Below, in pieces: positions 7,594-15,959 of a stretch of DNA of 64,000 nucleotides; the first letter of the stretch is position 1; every line of letters starts with the position of its first letter. The stretch covers positions 39,998-103,997 of IMG/VR virus record IMGVR_UViG_3300049215_000227; one strand, 5' to 3'. Source of the stretch: a virus (taxonomy: Duplodnaviria; Heunggongvirae; Uroviricota; Caudoviricetes). A program made the position numbers and the translations under genes. A model generated the notes under the pieces. The model did no database searches. It saw nothing but the letters and a program-made list of their open reading frames with translations, and was not told where the DNA came from.

Positions 7594-7652
7594 GTTTATT
7601 CTCCGGTTTAAAGTTTAGTGATTGAAGACTAAGAGGACTTTAATCCAGAGTT

Positions 7653-7679
7653 TTAGGGTGGCTTGCTAACCTACGACAT
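7653..7679 (-). other. amber minigene ATG TCG TAG (reads to TAA as MSxVSKPP if suppressed)
   Basis: AAAGG 5 nt upstream of ATG 7679; lies between the atypical tRNA and the Pth2-like gene. Confidence 0.4.
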
Positions 7680-7696
7680 ATAAACCTTTCTTTAAG

Positions 7697-7783
7697 TGGC
7701 ACCCGAGGATGGATTCGAACCACCGACCGCACGGCCAACGTTTGCGCGTCAACCGCCCGCTCTAACCACTGAGCTACCCGGGT
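7697..7783 (-). tRNA. atypical tRNA with 18-nt anticodon loop region (11-nt expansion)
   Basis: ACCCGGG/CTCGGGT acceptor, G73, CCA, D stem GCTC/GAGC, T arm GGTGG-TTCGAAT-CCATC; anticodon arm GGCGG-TTGACGCGCAAACGTTGG-CCGTG; 87 nt. Confidence 0.75.
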
Positions 7784-7804
7784 ACGTGATGATCTAATTC
7801 TACC

Positions 7805-8338
7805 CTAATTATTATCGAAGTCTGCGATCTTTTTTGCCATCGCTTGAGCCATGAGATCGTTAGGGTCTGAAGGTGCTGCTGGTGCTTGAGGCATAGGCTG
7901 CAAGAATAATGAACGCTCAGCTTCTCTCCTGCGAGTAAGTCCAGGAATGACATTTCCGCCGGCCTTGTTCCATTTGAGGAACTCATCTGCGGCAGCTGAG
8001 TAGTTTCCAGCATTTAGCAGCTTAAGTAGAGTTGACCCTGCAAATCCGCCGCGACCCACATTGTAGGAGAAGCACACTAGAGCATCGAACTGGTTCTGAT
8101 TGATGGGAACGGTGACAAGCTTATTGACGCCTGCGGTCTTCTGGTTCACTTCCCACTCGAGATACTCCAAAGCTTGTTCCTGGGTGATCGGAGGATCATT
8201 TAGAGTGACAGCCTTGCCGTTGGGATACATGATTGTCCCGTAACCAATGGTGGGCACGTGGACGCTGTCTGGATATGGCTTTAGAGACAGGCCTTCGAAG
8301 GAGGTTATGAGATTTAAGCCGTTCTTGCTTATCTGCAT
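7805..8338 (-). CDS. GH24 lysozyme (endolysin)
   Basis: E-x8-D-x5-T (FEGLSLKPYPDSVHVPTIGYG), NQFDALVCFSYNVG, GLTRRREAE; Pro/Ala-rich C-terminal tail; TAG stop. Confidence 0.95.
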   Translation of the reverse strand: MQISKNGLNLITSFEGLSLKPYPDSVHVPTIGYGTIMYPNGKAVTLNDPPITQEQALEYLEWEVNQKTAGVNKLVTVPINQNQFDALVCFSYNVGRGGFAGSTLLKLLNAGNYSAAADEFLKWNKAGGNVIPGLTRRREAERSLFLQPMPQAPAAPSDPNDLMAQAMAKKIADFDNN

Positions 8339-8360
8339 AACCTAAATTATACACTAAGTT

Positions 8361-8627
8361 TTACTTCTTAAGGCCTAAGTCCTCTTCAAACTCAGCATCT
8401 GTGTACACGCTATCTACAACAACCCTTAGGGCGTCCCGAAAAGCCATGCCTAGGGCATTACGCATCACTTCTAAGTTCTGTAACTCTTCTGGACCATAAT
8501 GATGACCATAATGGGTGCGGTTATAGTAACTTTGTTCCAAGTAGTGCCTCATGTTGTAATAAAAGGTCCACTCAGCGGCCTGTGCAGCTTGCTCAATTAC
8601 TTCTTCTTTAGGCTTCTTAAAATTCAT
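8361..8627 (-). CDS. hypothetical protein
   Basis: 88 aa, ATGA-coupled to helicase. Confidence 0.6.
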   Translation of the reverse strand: MNFKKPKEEVIEQAAQAAEWTFYYNMRHYLEQSYYNRTHYGHHYGPEELQNLEVMRNALGMAFRDALRVVVDSVYTDAEFEEDLGLKK

Positions 8628-10015
8628 AGGATCTTTACCTTGTCCGTAATTTCCCTATAGTACTCGACGCGATTGAACCCGTGCCGAGAGAGCATGGTTG
8701 AGCCCATTGGGATGTAATCCAAGACGATGCACTTGGTCTTAGAGTCTTGCTTCCTGAGGCCTCGACCCACGGCCTGAATCACTGGTCCCTTGCTAGCTAC
8801 AAAGTTAGCTAGAACGAGGACGTCAACGTTCTTCGTGTCTGATCCCTCGCCGATCTTTCCGTCTGTCCCAACGAGACCAGGAATCTTCCCGGCATTTAGC
8901 TGCTCGACGTACTCTTGGCTCTTTGAGTCGATGCCGGTCGCAAACGGAATTCCCAGCTCTTTACTTAGTTTTTTTCCGTGCTCCACTTCGTCTACTAGGA
9001 TCAAAACGGATTTTCCAGCGGCCATCATCTTCTGCGCGTCGTCACGGATCTGCGCCTTCATGATGTCGCTGTTGAGAACGTGTTCCTTATAAGACTTGAT
9101 CTTGTCATCCTTGAAATCGCGCCCGATGGTTGGGACTTGACGAACGAAGAAGTATGGCTCCGCAAGCCAGCCGTTATCAACTCCCCACTTGATGTCGCGA
9201 CGAATCAATACCGGACCGCAGCCAGCAGTGATCATTATGTCTTTACCATCCGACCGGTAATCGGTAGCGGTAAGCCCAAAGATCTTTCCAACATTCGCAA
9301 GTCCTTGTGAGATATCAAAGAATGTGGTAGCTGGGGTGTGGTGCGTCTCATCAAGAATAACCACACCCAGTTCTGCGTTCTTGAAGTCGTCGATGTTCTT
9401 AGTAATTGAAGCAGCGATACCAACCGTAATGTCGCCAATGCGTTTCTTTCCGCCGCCAAAGAATCCGACCTTTTGCTTTCCAAAGCACGATTCAAAGAGT
9501 TCATAAAACTGAAGCGCCACAGATTCTGATGGACATACAACGAGAGCCTTCCTCTTGTATTTTTGAATGAAGTGCGTTGCGAGAAGCGTCTTGCCCAACC
9601 CCGTAGCGAGGTTAATAAGACCGCGCGGATTGCGCATCATGAGGTCAACTGCTTCCTCTTGATAGTCTCGCAGAGCGTGAGGCTTGTTGACCCACGGAAG
9701 AGTTACTTTTGCTCCTGTCTGACCGCGAAGATCTAAGGGAGTCAAGCAGTTAAACTTATCCTTCAGCATCTCGACGAAGCACGAGGACACGATTAGCTTG
9801 TCACCATCTTCCTCGTAGAGTTGTCCCTTAACTTCTTTTTGAAGTTGTGCATACGCTGGGGAATTACGAAGGTACATGTTCTTCGCCATGCGCCTAAGTT
9901 GATACTGTTTTGACTTATCGGTGTAAGTCAAGTGCTTCTTCACAAACTCCTGCATCTCGATCGAAGGATCTCTGATGATTAGCTTGTCGTTATAGATTGT
10001 GACATGGCTCAACAT
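8624..10015 (-). CDS. superfamily 2 helicase (UvsW/ERCC3-like)
   Basis: LRDYQ Q-motif, ATGLGKT, ILDETHH, GLTAT, IQAVGRGLR. Confidence 0.93.
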   Translation of the reverse strand: MLSHVTIYNDKLIIRDPSIEMQEFVKKHLTYTDKSKQYQLRRMAKNMYLRNSPAYAQLQKEVKGQLYEEDGDKLIVSSCFVEMLKDKFNCLTPLDLRGQTGAKVTLPWVNKPHALRDYQEEAVDLMMRNPRGLINLATGLGKTLLATHFIQKYKRKALVVCPSESVALQFYELFESCFGKQKVGFFGGGKKRIGDITVGIAASITKNIDDFKNAELGVVILDETHHTPATTFFDISQGLANVGKIFGLTATDYRSDGKDIMITAGCGPVLIRRDIKWGVDNGWLAEPYFFVRQVPTIGRDFKDDKIKSYKEHVLNSDIMKAQIRDDAQKMMAAGKSVLILVDEVEHGKKLSKELGIPFATGIDSKSQEYVEQLNAGKIPGLVGTDGKIGEGSDTKNVDVLVLANFVASKGPVIQAVGRGLRKQDSKTKCIVLDYIPMGSTMLSRHGFNRVEYYREITDKVKIL

Positions 10016-10046
10016 GATCGGATTCTACTCAGTGTATAATTGAGAG

Positions 10047-10232
10047 GTCAGCGCCGGCGTGGAAGGACACGCATGCAAGGTAGACTGGGGAAGGCACGGC
10101 CGGATGAGCTAGGACTAAACTCATCGAACACCCTAGGACGATGCTAGTGCGCAGGATCACTTGCATAGATTTCGCAGAGGCATATCACTAGCGCCCACTG
10201 CGACAGCTGGAATCAAGCCCAGCGCGCTGACT
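10047..10232 (+). ncRNA. large tRNA-like structured RNA A (186 nt)
   Basis: 8-bp GTCAGCGC/GCGCTGAC acceptor, D arm GCGT-GGAAGGAC-ACGC, ATGCAAG/CTTGCAT arm enclosing 80 nt, TCGCAG/CTGCGA variable arm, T arm GCTGG-AATCAAGC-CCAGC; TATAAT 6 nt upstream. Confidence 0.7.
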
Positions 10233-10239
10233 CAATTTT

Positions 10240-10605
10240 ATGCGCTACTCAAGTCATAACGTTTTAGTTAGTGATCCCCACCCCAAGAGTCTAGCCGCTC
10301 TAGTCTTGCTCACCAAGAAACTTGCACCTCGTCCACTCGGATACAAGGAGTGGCTTCGCTATCGTAAGTGGTATCTGCGCGAGCACTGGAGAAAGCACAG
10401 AGATTTCCGCTGCGCCTACTGCGGTAAGAGTGGACTCAAGAAGACTACTGACTACGACGATCAGCTTGCAACTCTAGATCACGTCAAGCCTTTATCTAAA
10501 GGTGGAGAGCGATTTCACTCTTCTAACCTAGTTGTCGCTTGCTATTCCTGCAACAGCAAGAAGAAGGACAAATCCGTAGAAGAGTTTTTAAAACCGATCG
10601 TATAA
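10240..10605 (+). CDS. HNH endonuclease (Zn-binding)
   Basis: CAYCG...TLDHVKPLSKGG...NLVVACYSCNSKK. Confidence 0.92.
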   Translation: MRYSSHNVLVSDPHPKSLAALVLLTKKLAPRPLGYKEWLRYRKWYLREHWRKHRDFRCAYCGKSGLKKTTDYDDQLATLDHVKPLSKGGERFHSSNLVVACYSCNSKKKDKSVEEFLKPIV

Positions 10606-10634
10606 TATCCATCGATAACACTTTTGGAGGTTTT

Positions 10635-10844
10635 ATGGGCGATGTTTCTTACGCCAACAAATTGAAGACGCAACTCTACTGGTGGCTTAGTTCTCATAGG
10701 CCATTTATTCTAAACGACGAGTACAGAATCGAGCTCCTGTTCGTCGACAAGAAGAATAACTCAGCCAAGATTCAAATCACAAACTTAAAGACCGGCGCCG
10801 TGATGACTCAGGAGCAGGAAGGTGTTTCCGATGTCAGCGGATAA
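10635..10844 (+). CDS. hypothetical protein
   Basis: GGAGG SD before ATG 10635; TATAAT upstream. Confidence 0.65.
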   Translation: MGDVSYANKLKTQLYWWLSSHRPFILNDEYRIELLFVDKKNNSAKIQITNLKTGAVMTQEQEGVSDVSG

Positions 10845-11355
10845 TGCCACTCTCATCTTTGAGCGCTGGCGCGCGTCACTGCGTGACCGCGACAGGAGCG
10901 TTGGAGCTGTCTCTGGTAACTTCGACGATCTGTTCGATCAGCTAAGCAGCGCTGGCGTGTCGTTCGAAGACGCTCACAAGCTTCTTCCGCAAGCCATCAA
11001 GGCGCATCAACCTGCTCCGGCGGTTGCTCGCACCATATGGAAGAATGCCAAGAACAATCCTAAGAATGCTGAGTTCACTGAGAAGGAATTCATCGACAAC
11101 TGGAACAAGGATATCGCGGACAGAGCTACAAACAGCTTCTTTGCATTCTTCCAGGTTCCAGAAGAGAACGATGATGACGGTGAACCTAAGATTTACGGCC
11201 AGATGTCCGCTAAGGAGTACAAGCTTCAGCGCAGACATGCTGATTCTTATCCCATCCTCGATACGGAGGAGTTAGAGCGTAGGTTGCAAGCTGGCGCGTA
11301 TAATCCAGCAGTTGATTTGATGAACGACGAGGACGACAGTGGCAACTCTAACTAA
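10831..11355 (+). CDS. hypothetical protein in replication module
   Basis: Overlaps neighbours; directly precedes the replicative helicase. Confidence 0.7.
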   Translation: MSADNATLIFERWRASLRDRDRSVGAVSGNFDDLFDQLSSAGVSFEDAHKLLPQAIKAHQPAPAVARTIWKNAKNNPKNAEFTEKEFIDNWNKDIADRATNSFFAFFQVPEENDDDGEPKIYGQMSAKEYKLQRRHADSYPILDTEELERRLQAGAYNPAVDLMNDEDDSGNSN

Positions 11356-12376
11356 GGAACAACTAGAGAATCAGTTAAGGAAGGCCGGCATTCAGCCAGG
11401 CGAGGACTTAACAGGTAAGTTCGATAACGTCGACGATTTCGGTAACCGCGAGTCCATCCTTGACATGTATCGCAAGGTTGGAAACTACAACAAGATGCTT
11501 GATGAGCGAATGACGCTCATCAATCGATCTCTCACTGCTGCGATCCCGTTCACCCGTGAAAACCTCTACCTGTTCTGCGCGTATACCGGCTCTGGTAAGT
11601 CCACTGTGGCTGCGAACATCTCGTATCCGCTCTGGAAGCAGCAGAAGAAGATTCTCGTGGTCTCCAACGAGGAGACGTCGCAAGACATCTGCTTTCGAAT
11701 TGCGTGCCTAGAGAAGGGCTACAACTTCAACGATTGGAAGAAGGGCTACATGCCCGTGGAGCAGCAGAAGGAGTGTCTCGCGCTCTTCCCAGAGATTACG
11801 AAGTTCGTCAAGATATGCGACGTTGTCTGGGAAGAGGGTCTAACCACCAAGATTGAAGGCATCAAGGGTCTTCTGGAGGCAGTTAAAGGTAAGGGATACT
11901 CTTGCGTTCTCATCGACTACTATCAGCTCATCAAGGATTCCATCAAGGATAAGACGCGCACTCGCTACGACGTTCTAAACGATCTTCGCATCTGGCTTGG
12001 CCAGTACATCAAGAGTTGCGAGATTCCTGTATGCCTATTCGTTCAGCTCTACTCTCAAGGCAAGCGTCCTTCGAAGGACATCGACACGAGAATTAAGGAA
12101 TGTAGTGCTGTGGTTGAGCCTGCTTCAGTCATCATCGAAGTTGTTCCTAACTTTGACGAGCAGACCTCTGACTTTGTGGTCCACAAGGATCGCTTCGGGG
12201 TGGCAGCCGGCTTCCGCATAGTGTGCCCGTTCGAGAAGGGGCGCTTCATGGATCAACTCAGTCAGCGCGAGATGGCCGAGCGTCGCCTAGATAGGATGAC
12301 TGGGCCCGAGAACAACCTATCAGCTGGCGCTGATTACGAAGCGGCTAAGAAGCTGGGCAAGATGAGCGGCACATGA
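11339..12376 (+). CDS. DnaB-like replicative helicase
   Basis: Walker A AYTGSGKST, Walker B VLIDY, FVQL and HKDRFG motifs. Confidence 0.88.
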   Translation: MATLTKEQLENQLRKAGIQPGEDLTGKFDNVDDFGNRESILDMYRKVGNYNKMLDERMTLINRSLTAAIPFTRENLYLFCAYTGSGKSTVAANISYPLWKQQKKILVVSNEETSQDICFRIACLEKGYNFNDWKKGYMPVEQQKECLALFPEITKFVKICDVVWEEGLTTKIEGIKGLLEAVKGKGYSCVLIDYYQLIKDSIKDKTRTRYDVLNDLRIWLGQYIKSCEIPVCLFVQLYSQGKRPSKDIDTRIKECSAVVEPASVIIEVVPNFDEQTSDFVVHKDRFGVAAGFRIVCPFEKGRFMDQLSQREMAERRLDRMTGPENNLSAGADYEAAKKLGKMSGT

Positions 12377-13248
12377 TCAACACCAAGAAGTGCTTAATCT
12401 GCAAGGATGGCAAGAAGAACAACTGCTTGCACTGGCATGTTGATCCGGAAGACGGCTCTATCTGGGTCTGGTGCCAAGGGAAGTGCCAGCGCGGGTACTC
12501 CATCCGCGATTACTGCTGGCACGCAGGCATCGATCTCCCTGAGTTCTTGAAGGGTGACTTTGACTTCAAGGAAGCTCCTCCAAACGAGGTGCAGGCCATG
12601 AACTGGCCAGCGCGCTTCATTCCACTTTCTGATCCACGAGCAGAGGCCGGCGTTGCGTATGTTCGCAGCCGAGGACTCACGCTTGAAGGCGACATGTATT
12701 ATGATTTAGAGAGGAAGGGAATTGTCTTCCCTTACTATTTTGATAACACTTTTTGCGGCGCGCAGACCAGGTTCATAGAACCGCGCGTCCATCCAGACGG
12801 CGAGATTCAAAAGATGGATACGCTTCCTGGAACCCGGTTAGGGTTGCTTTTTTATGGCTGGAATCAGTCGCGCTTCGTTGGAGATGTTAAGGGAGTCATT
12901 GTCACGGAGGGCTCGTTTAACGCAATCGCTATTAACCAAGCGTTCAACTTGGCTAGCGGCGGCGTTGCTCGTAATGCCTGGCGGGCTATTTCTTGTAGCG
13001 GGGCTGGCGCTACGAAGCATCATCAGGAAGCGCTTAAGGAACTTAAGGAACAAGGACTAAAAGTTATCATTGCCCCAGATCTAGACGATGCCGGGATGAA
13101 GATGCTTAAGAAGTTCAAGGAATCTGACTCCTGTACTCACTATGCACTCACCAGCGATACGCGCGACTGGAACGACATGTGTCGAGACCTAGGACACGCT
13201 GAGTTTGCTAAGTGGTTCTGGACCACAGTAAAAAGTATACATGACTAG
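12373..13248 (+). CDS. DNA primase (Zn finger + TOPRIM)
   Basis: CLIC..WCQGKC Zn-binding region; VIVTEGSFNAIA and PDLDDAG TOPRIM motifs. Confidence 0.88.
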   Translation: MINTKKCLICKDGKKNNCLHWHVDPEDGSIWVWCQGKCQRGYSIRDYCWHAGIDLPEFLKGDFDFKEAPPNEVQAMNWPARFIPLSDPRAEAGVAYVRSRGLTLEGDMYYDLERKGIVFPYYFDNTFCGAQTRFIEPRVHPDGEIQKMDTLPGTRLGLLFYGWNQSRFVGDVKGVIVTEGSFNAIAINQAFNLASGGVARNAWRAISCSGAGATKHHQEALKELKEQGLKVIIAPDLDDAGMKMLKKFKESDSCTHYALTSDTRDWNDMCRDLGHAEFAKWFWTTVKSIHD

Positions 13249-13543
13249 CGTAGAGCTCGTTGCGTTCAGCAACGACAATCATATCGACACTCACGGTGCC
13301 TATCGTGGAACTCTTTCGAATCCGCGAGACAGACTTCTATCTACGCTTAAAAAACTGGGTCTAAGATCGCCAAACGTTCTCCCTGAGCACGTGTATACAG
13401 TTCCAATCTCTGGGATCTACATGGTTCAGCACATGAACATGAGCAGTGGTCAAAGAGACATGCAGATGACCAGATTCAACGCTGGTGACATAGTTCAAAT
13501 CGACCCCGCTTGCAAGGTGATGATTCACAGGCTCGGTTCCTGA
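13241..13543 (+). CDS. hypothetical protein carrying LxxLxKLG-like motif
   Basis: DRLLSTLKKLGLR. Confidence 0.6.
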   Translation: MTSVELVAFSNDNHIDTHGAYRGTLSNPRDRLLSTLKKLGLRSPNVLPEHVYTVPISGIYMVQHMNMSSGQRDMQMTRFNAGDIVQIDPACKVMIHRLGS

Positions 13544-13926
13544 TGTCAGTTAAGAAGGCTGTCTGGGATCAGATCAACAAGCGAGTTAAGCGAAAGAAAG
13601 AGCTCGAAGAGAAGATTGCTTCTAGGCGCGACAACGTTGAGTCATTCGTTCTCGAGATGATCGGCGAGGTTGACGAGATGATGGCTTCAACTGTTAATAC
13701 CTCGCTGGCACCTGTACTTGCTGAGTATTACATAGCTTCTGTTCATGAGCGACTTAAGACTCTTGATTCTGGCGTGAAGATTGAGCCTTCGTGGCAGAAT
13801 GACGGTGCCGACGGCACAATGCCTCGTCTAAGTGGCATCTTGTTGAAGTGGTCCAAGAGTTATCAAAAGGAAAACAATTGCGACGCTGAGCTGTTTGTTG
13901 ACGTCGCTAGCTTGCTATTTAAGTGA
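13543..13926 (+). CDS. hypothetical protein
   Basis: TGATG overlap with the upstream gene. Confidence 0.65.
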   Translation: MSVKKAVWDQINKRVKRKKELEEKIASRRDNVESFVLEMIGEVDEMMASTVNTSLAPVLAEYYIASVHERLKTLDSGVKIEPSWQNDGADGTMPRLSGILLKWSKSYQKENNCDAELFVDVASLLFK

Positions 13927-13933
13927 GAACATT

Positions 13934-14500
13934 ATGAAAGATTTAGGCGGACATATCTACCTTTTTGAAGACGCTTTAGCTCCTGAAGTTTGCGACGAGA
14001 TAGTTCGTAGATTTGAGGCGGACGAGCGCAAGGCACCAGGACTAGCATATGGTCCAAACGGACCTTTTATTCATGAGGCCAAGAAGTCGACAGACTTGAG
14101 AATCAGCAGCTTTCAAGACTGGCAAGACTTAGATATGGTGTTATTCACGTCATGCTCTAACGCCATGAATAAGTTTTTGGAGAAGCATCCTGAACTTAAT
14201 ATGGGACAGCTGCGCGATACTGGATATAACATTCAACGTTCTGTTCCTGGAGATCGCTTCACTGCGCACATTGACGCCGCGTTTGGCGCTACTGTTTATA
14301 GGAAAGTTGCCTTCATCTGGTATCTAAACGATGTAGAAGAGGGCGGAGAGACTGTGTTTGAGTTTCAAGGAGTTACGGTTAAGCCTAAGAAGGGAACGAT
14401 GATAATGTTCCCACCATTTTGGACGCATAGACACGAAGGACGAACGCCTTTGTCTGGCACCAAGTACATAATCACGACGTTTGTTGAAGCCGTTAGTTGA
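13934..14500 (+). CDS. 2OG-Fe(II) oxygenase (prolyl-hydroxylase-like)
   Basis: HID...YLNDVEEGGET..KPKKG..FP..WTHRHEG..KYIIT (HxD..H..K/R). Confidence 0.92.
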   Translation: MKDLGGHIYLFEDALAPEVCDEIVRRFEADERKAPGLAYGPNGPFIHEAKKSTDLRISSFQDWQDLDMVLFTSCSNAMNKFLEKHPELNMGQLRDTGYNIQRSVPGDRFTAHIDAAFGATVYRKVAFIWYLNDVEEGGETVFEFQGVTVKPKKGTMIMFPPFWTHRHEGRTPLSGTKYIITTFVEAVS

Positions 14501-14945
14501 TGCGAATGAACCAGTTGATGGTGATGTTCTTGTGACGAGTATCACCAGCAGCGCCAGAGTTATTCTGAATCGTACCGTTGTTGTTGACCCAAATAACGCC
14601 TTGATTGTTGTTACCACCGTTGGTCATCCAGTTGTTGGGACTGGAGTACGTTCCGTGGTTGTGTGTTCCGATACCGTCTGCCTGATATGTTCCAAGTGAC
14701 AGATCGCCGTCAGGGTTTTGATTTCCGTCAGATCGACCGTTATTCTTGCCGCGAAGACCAATGCCTCGAGCATCAGGAACAGTCGTGAAGCCAGTTACTG
14801 TTGCGTAAGCTGATCCTACGCAAGAGCTGCCGTCGGCTAAAACCCAACCAGTCCCGTTGATTGCTTGGAACTGAGCCAGCGTCAGCATCGACGAGTGGAT
14901 GGTTCCAATTGGACTTTGATTTTGAAAAATATTTGTCTTAGGCAT
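14493..14945 (-). CDS. tail-collar domain protein 1
   Basis: PIG..GWVLADGS..VPDARG..LRG..LGTYQ. Confidence 0.8.
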   Translation of the reverse strand: MPKTNIFQNQSPIGTIHSSMLTLAQFQAINGTGWVLADGSSCVGSAYATVTGFTTVPDARGIGLRGKNNGRSDGNQNPDGDLSLGTYQADGIGTHNHGTYSSPNNWMTNGGNNNQGVIWVNNNGTIQNNSGAAGDTRHKNITINWFIRIN

Positions 14946-14948
14946 AAA

Positions 14949-15950
14949 TTATCCCACGTAGTACTCTTCAACTATGATGATGCCGGTCCCACCGTCACCA
15001 CCCGGAGATGAAGCGGTACCGTTAGTACCAACTGAATATGAGTAGGTAGCAGCTGGGCTTGGAATAATCGCTTCAATGTATCCGCCAGAAGCACCACCAG
15101 CACCAGACGTGTTAGCGTTTCTTGAACCAGAACCACCACCACCGGAACCAGAGTTTGCAGCTGCAGAACCACCACCACCGTTACCGTTACCGCCACCGCC
15201 GTTACCACCGAACGGAGATGCGCCACCCTGACCACCTTGAATGAAGGTAGCTGAACCTTGAAGCTCGGAACCACCGCCCTGAGAACCTGTCATGGCCACA
15301 ACAGCGATAGCTGGGGAGTTGACAGTTGCAGTGCCGCCAGTCGACGGACCGCCGCCACCAGAACCACCGCCGCCACCACCGCCACCAGTACAGGTGAGGA
15401 GAGACGTTCCGAAGGTAGTCGTTCCACCAGTATTACCGGTGCCGCCGCCACCACCACCACCGCCACCACCGACCATCTTAACTTTTAACCACACAGCGCC
15501 AGCCGGCGTAGTGTATGTTCCTGAGCCAGATAGGAGCCTAGTTACAGTAGGAGCAGTTATGATCGTGTTTTGGATCGTGATGATCCTGTTGTCCATCTGG
15601 AACGTGATCTCAGGCTTCAAGCCCATCTTCAACGCTTGGATGTTCAAGCCAGAAGGAAGAGCTGAGGTCAAGGTGACCTGATTGCTGTTACCGTCTGAAC
15701 CGATGTTCGTGAACGTGTAGTCGTTGCTCGCGCCAAGATTTAGCTTCTTACCGTCGACAAACAGCCACAAGTTGTCGGTGTAACTAGTAGATGTCGTATT
15801 GATGTAGAAAGGCAACGTGATAACCGTCTGACCAGTTGTCGACGTCGCGTAGTAGCTAGCAATCGTTGGCTGATTTAGCTGCGGCGTCGTATCGTTGTTG
15901 GTAAACTTCTTAACGTTACCCTTGCTGCTTAAGCTTTGTGTAATTGGCAT
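14949..15950 (-). CDS. glycine-rich tail fibre-associated protein
   Basis: SGTYTTPAG..VKMVGGGGGG, poly-Gly runs, GIIIVEEY end. Confidence 0.75.
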   Translation of the reverse strand: MPITQSLSSKGNVKKFTNNDTTPQLNQPTIASYYATSTTGQTVITLPFYINTTSTSYTDNLWLFVDGKKLNLGASNDYTFTNIGSDGNSNQVTLTSALPSGLNIQALKMGLKPEITFQMDNRIITIQNTIITAPTVTRLLSGSGTYTTPAGAVWLKVKMVGGGGGGGGGGTGNTGGTTTFGTSLLTCTGGGGGGGGSGGGGPSTGGTATVNSPAIAVVAMTGSQGGGSELQGSATFIQGGQGGASPFGGNGGGGNGNGGGGSAAANSGSGGGGSGSRNANTSGAGGASGGYIEAIIPSPAATYSYSVGTNGTASSPGGDGGTGIIIVEEYYVG

Positions 15951-15959
15951 ACTCTATCC

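Noticed and set aside
7600-7696. HDV-like theta ribozyme after the tRNA 3' ends
   Set aside because: No nested double-pseudoknot pairing was found by eye after any of the three tRNAs; a descriptor search would be needed to exclude it fully.
7620-7807. Amber readthrough extending the lysozyme
   Set aside because: The extension would translate straight through the atypical tRNA and looks non-protein-like.
10100-10140. Hammerhead or pistol ribozyme inside RNA A
   Set aside because: CGGATGAG..CGAAC lacks the invariant CUGA and GAAA core; pistol spacing and GCGU are absent.
10047-10232. tmRNA
   Set aside because: Has a true D stem, an 8-bp acceptor without G3-U70, no encoded CCA, is too short, and shows no convincing tag reading frame.
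15258-15681. Pro-rich plus-strand ORFs
   Set aside because: Antisense shadows of the poly-Gly codons in 14949-15950.
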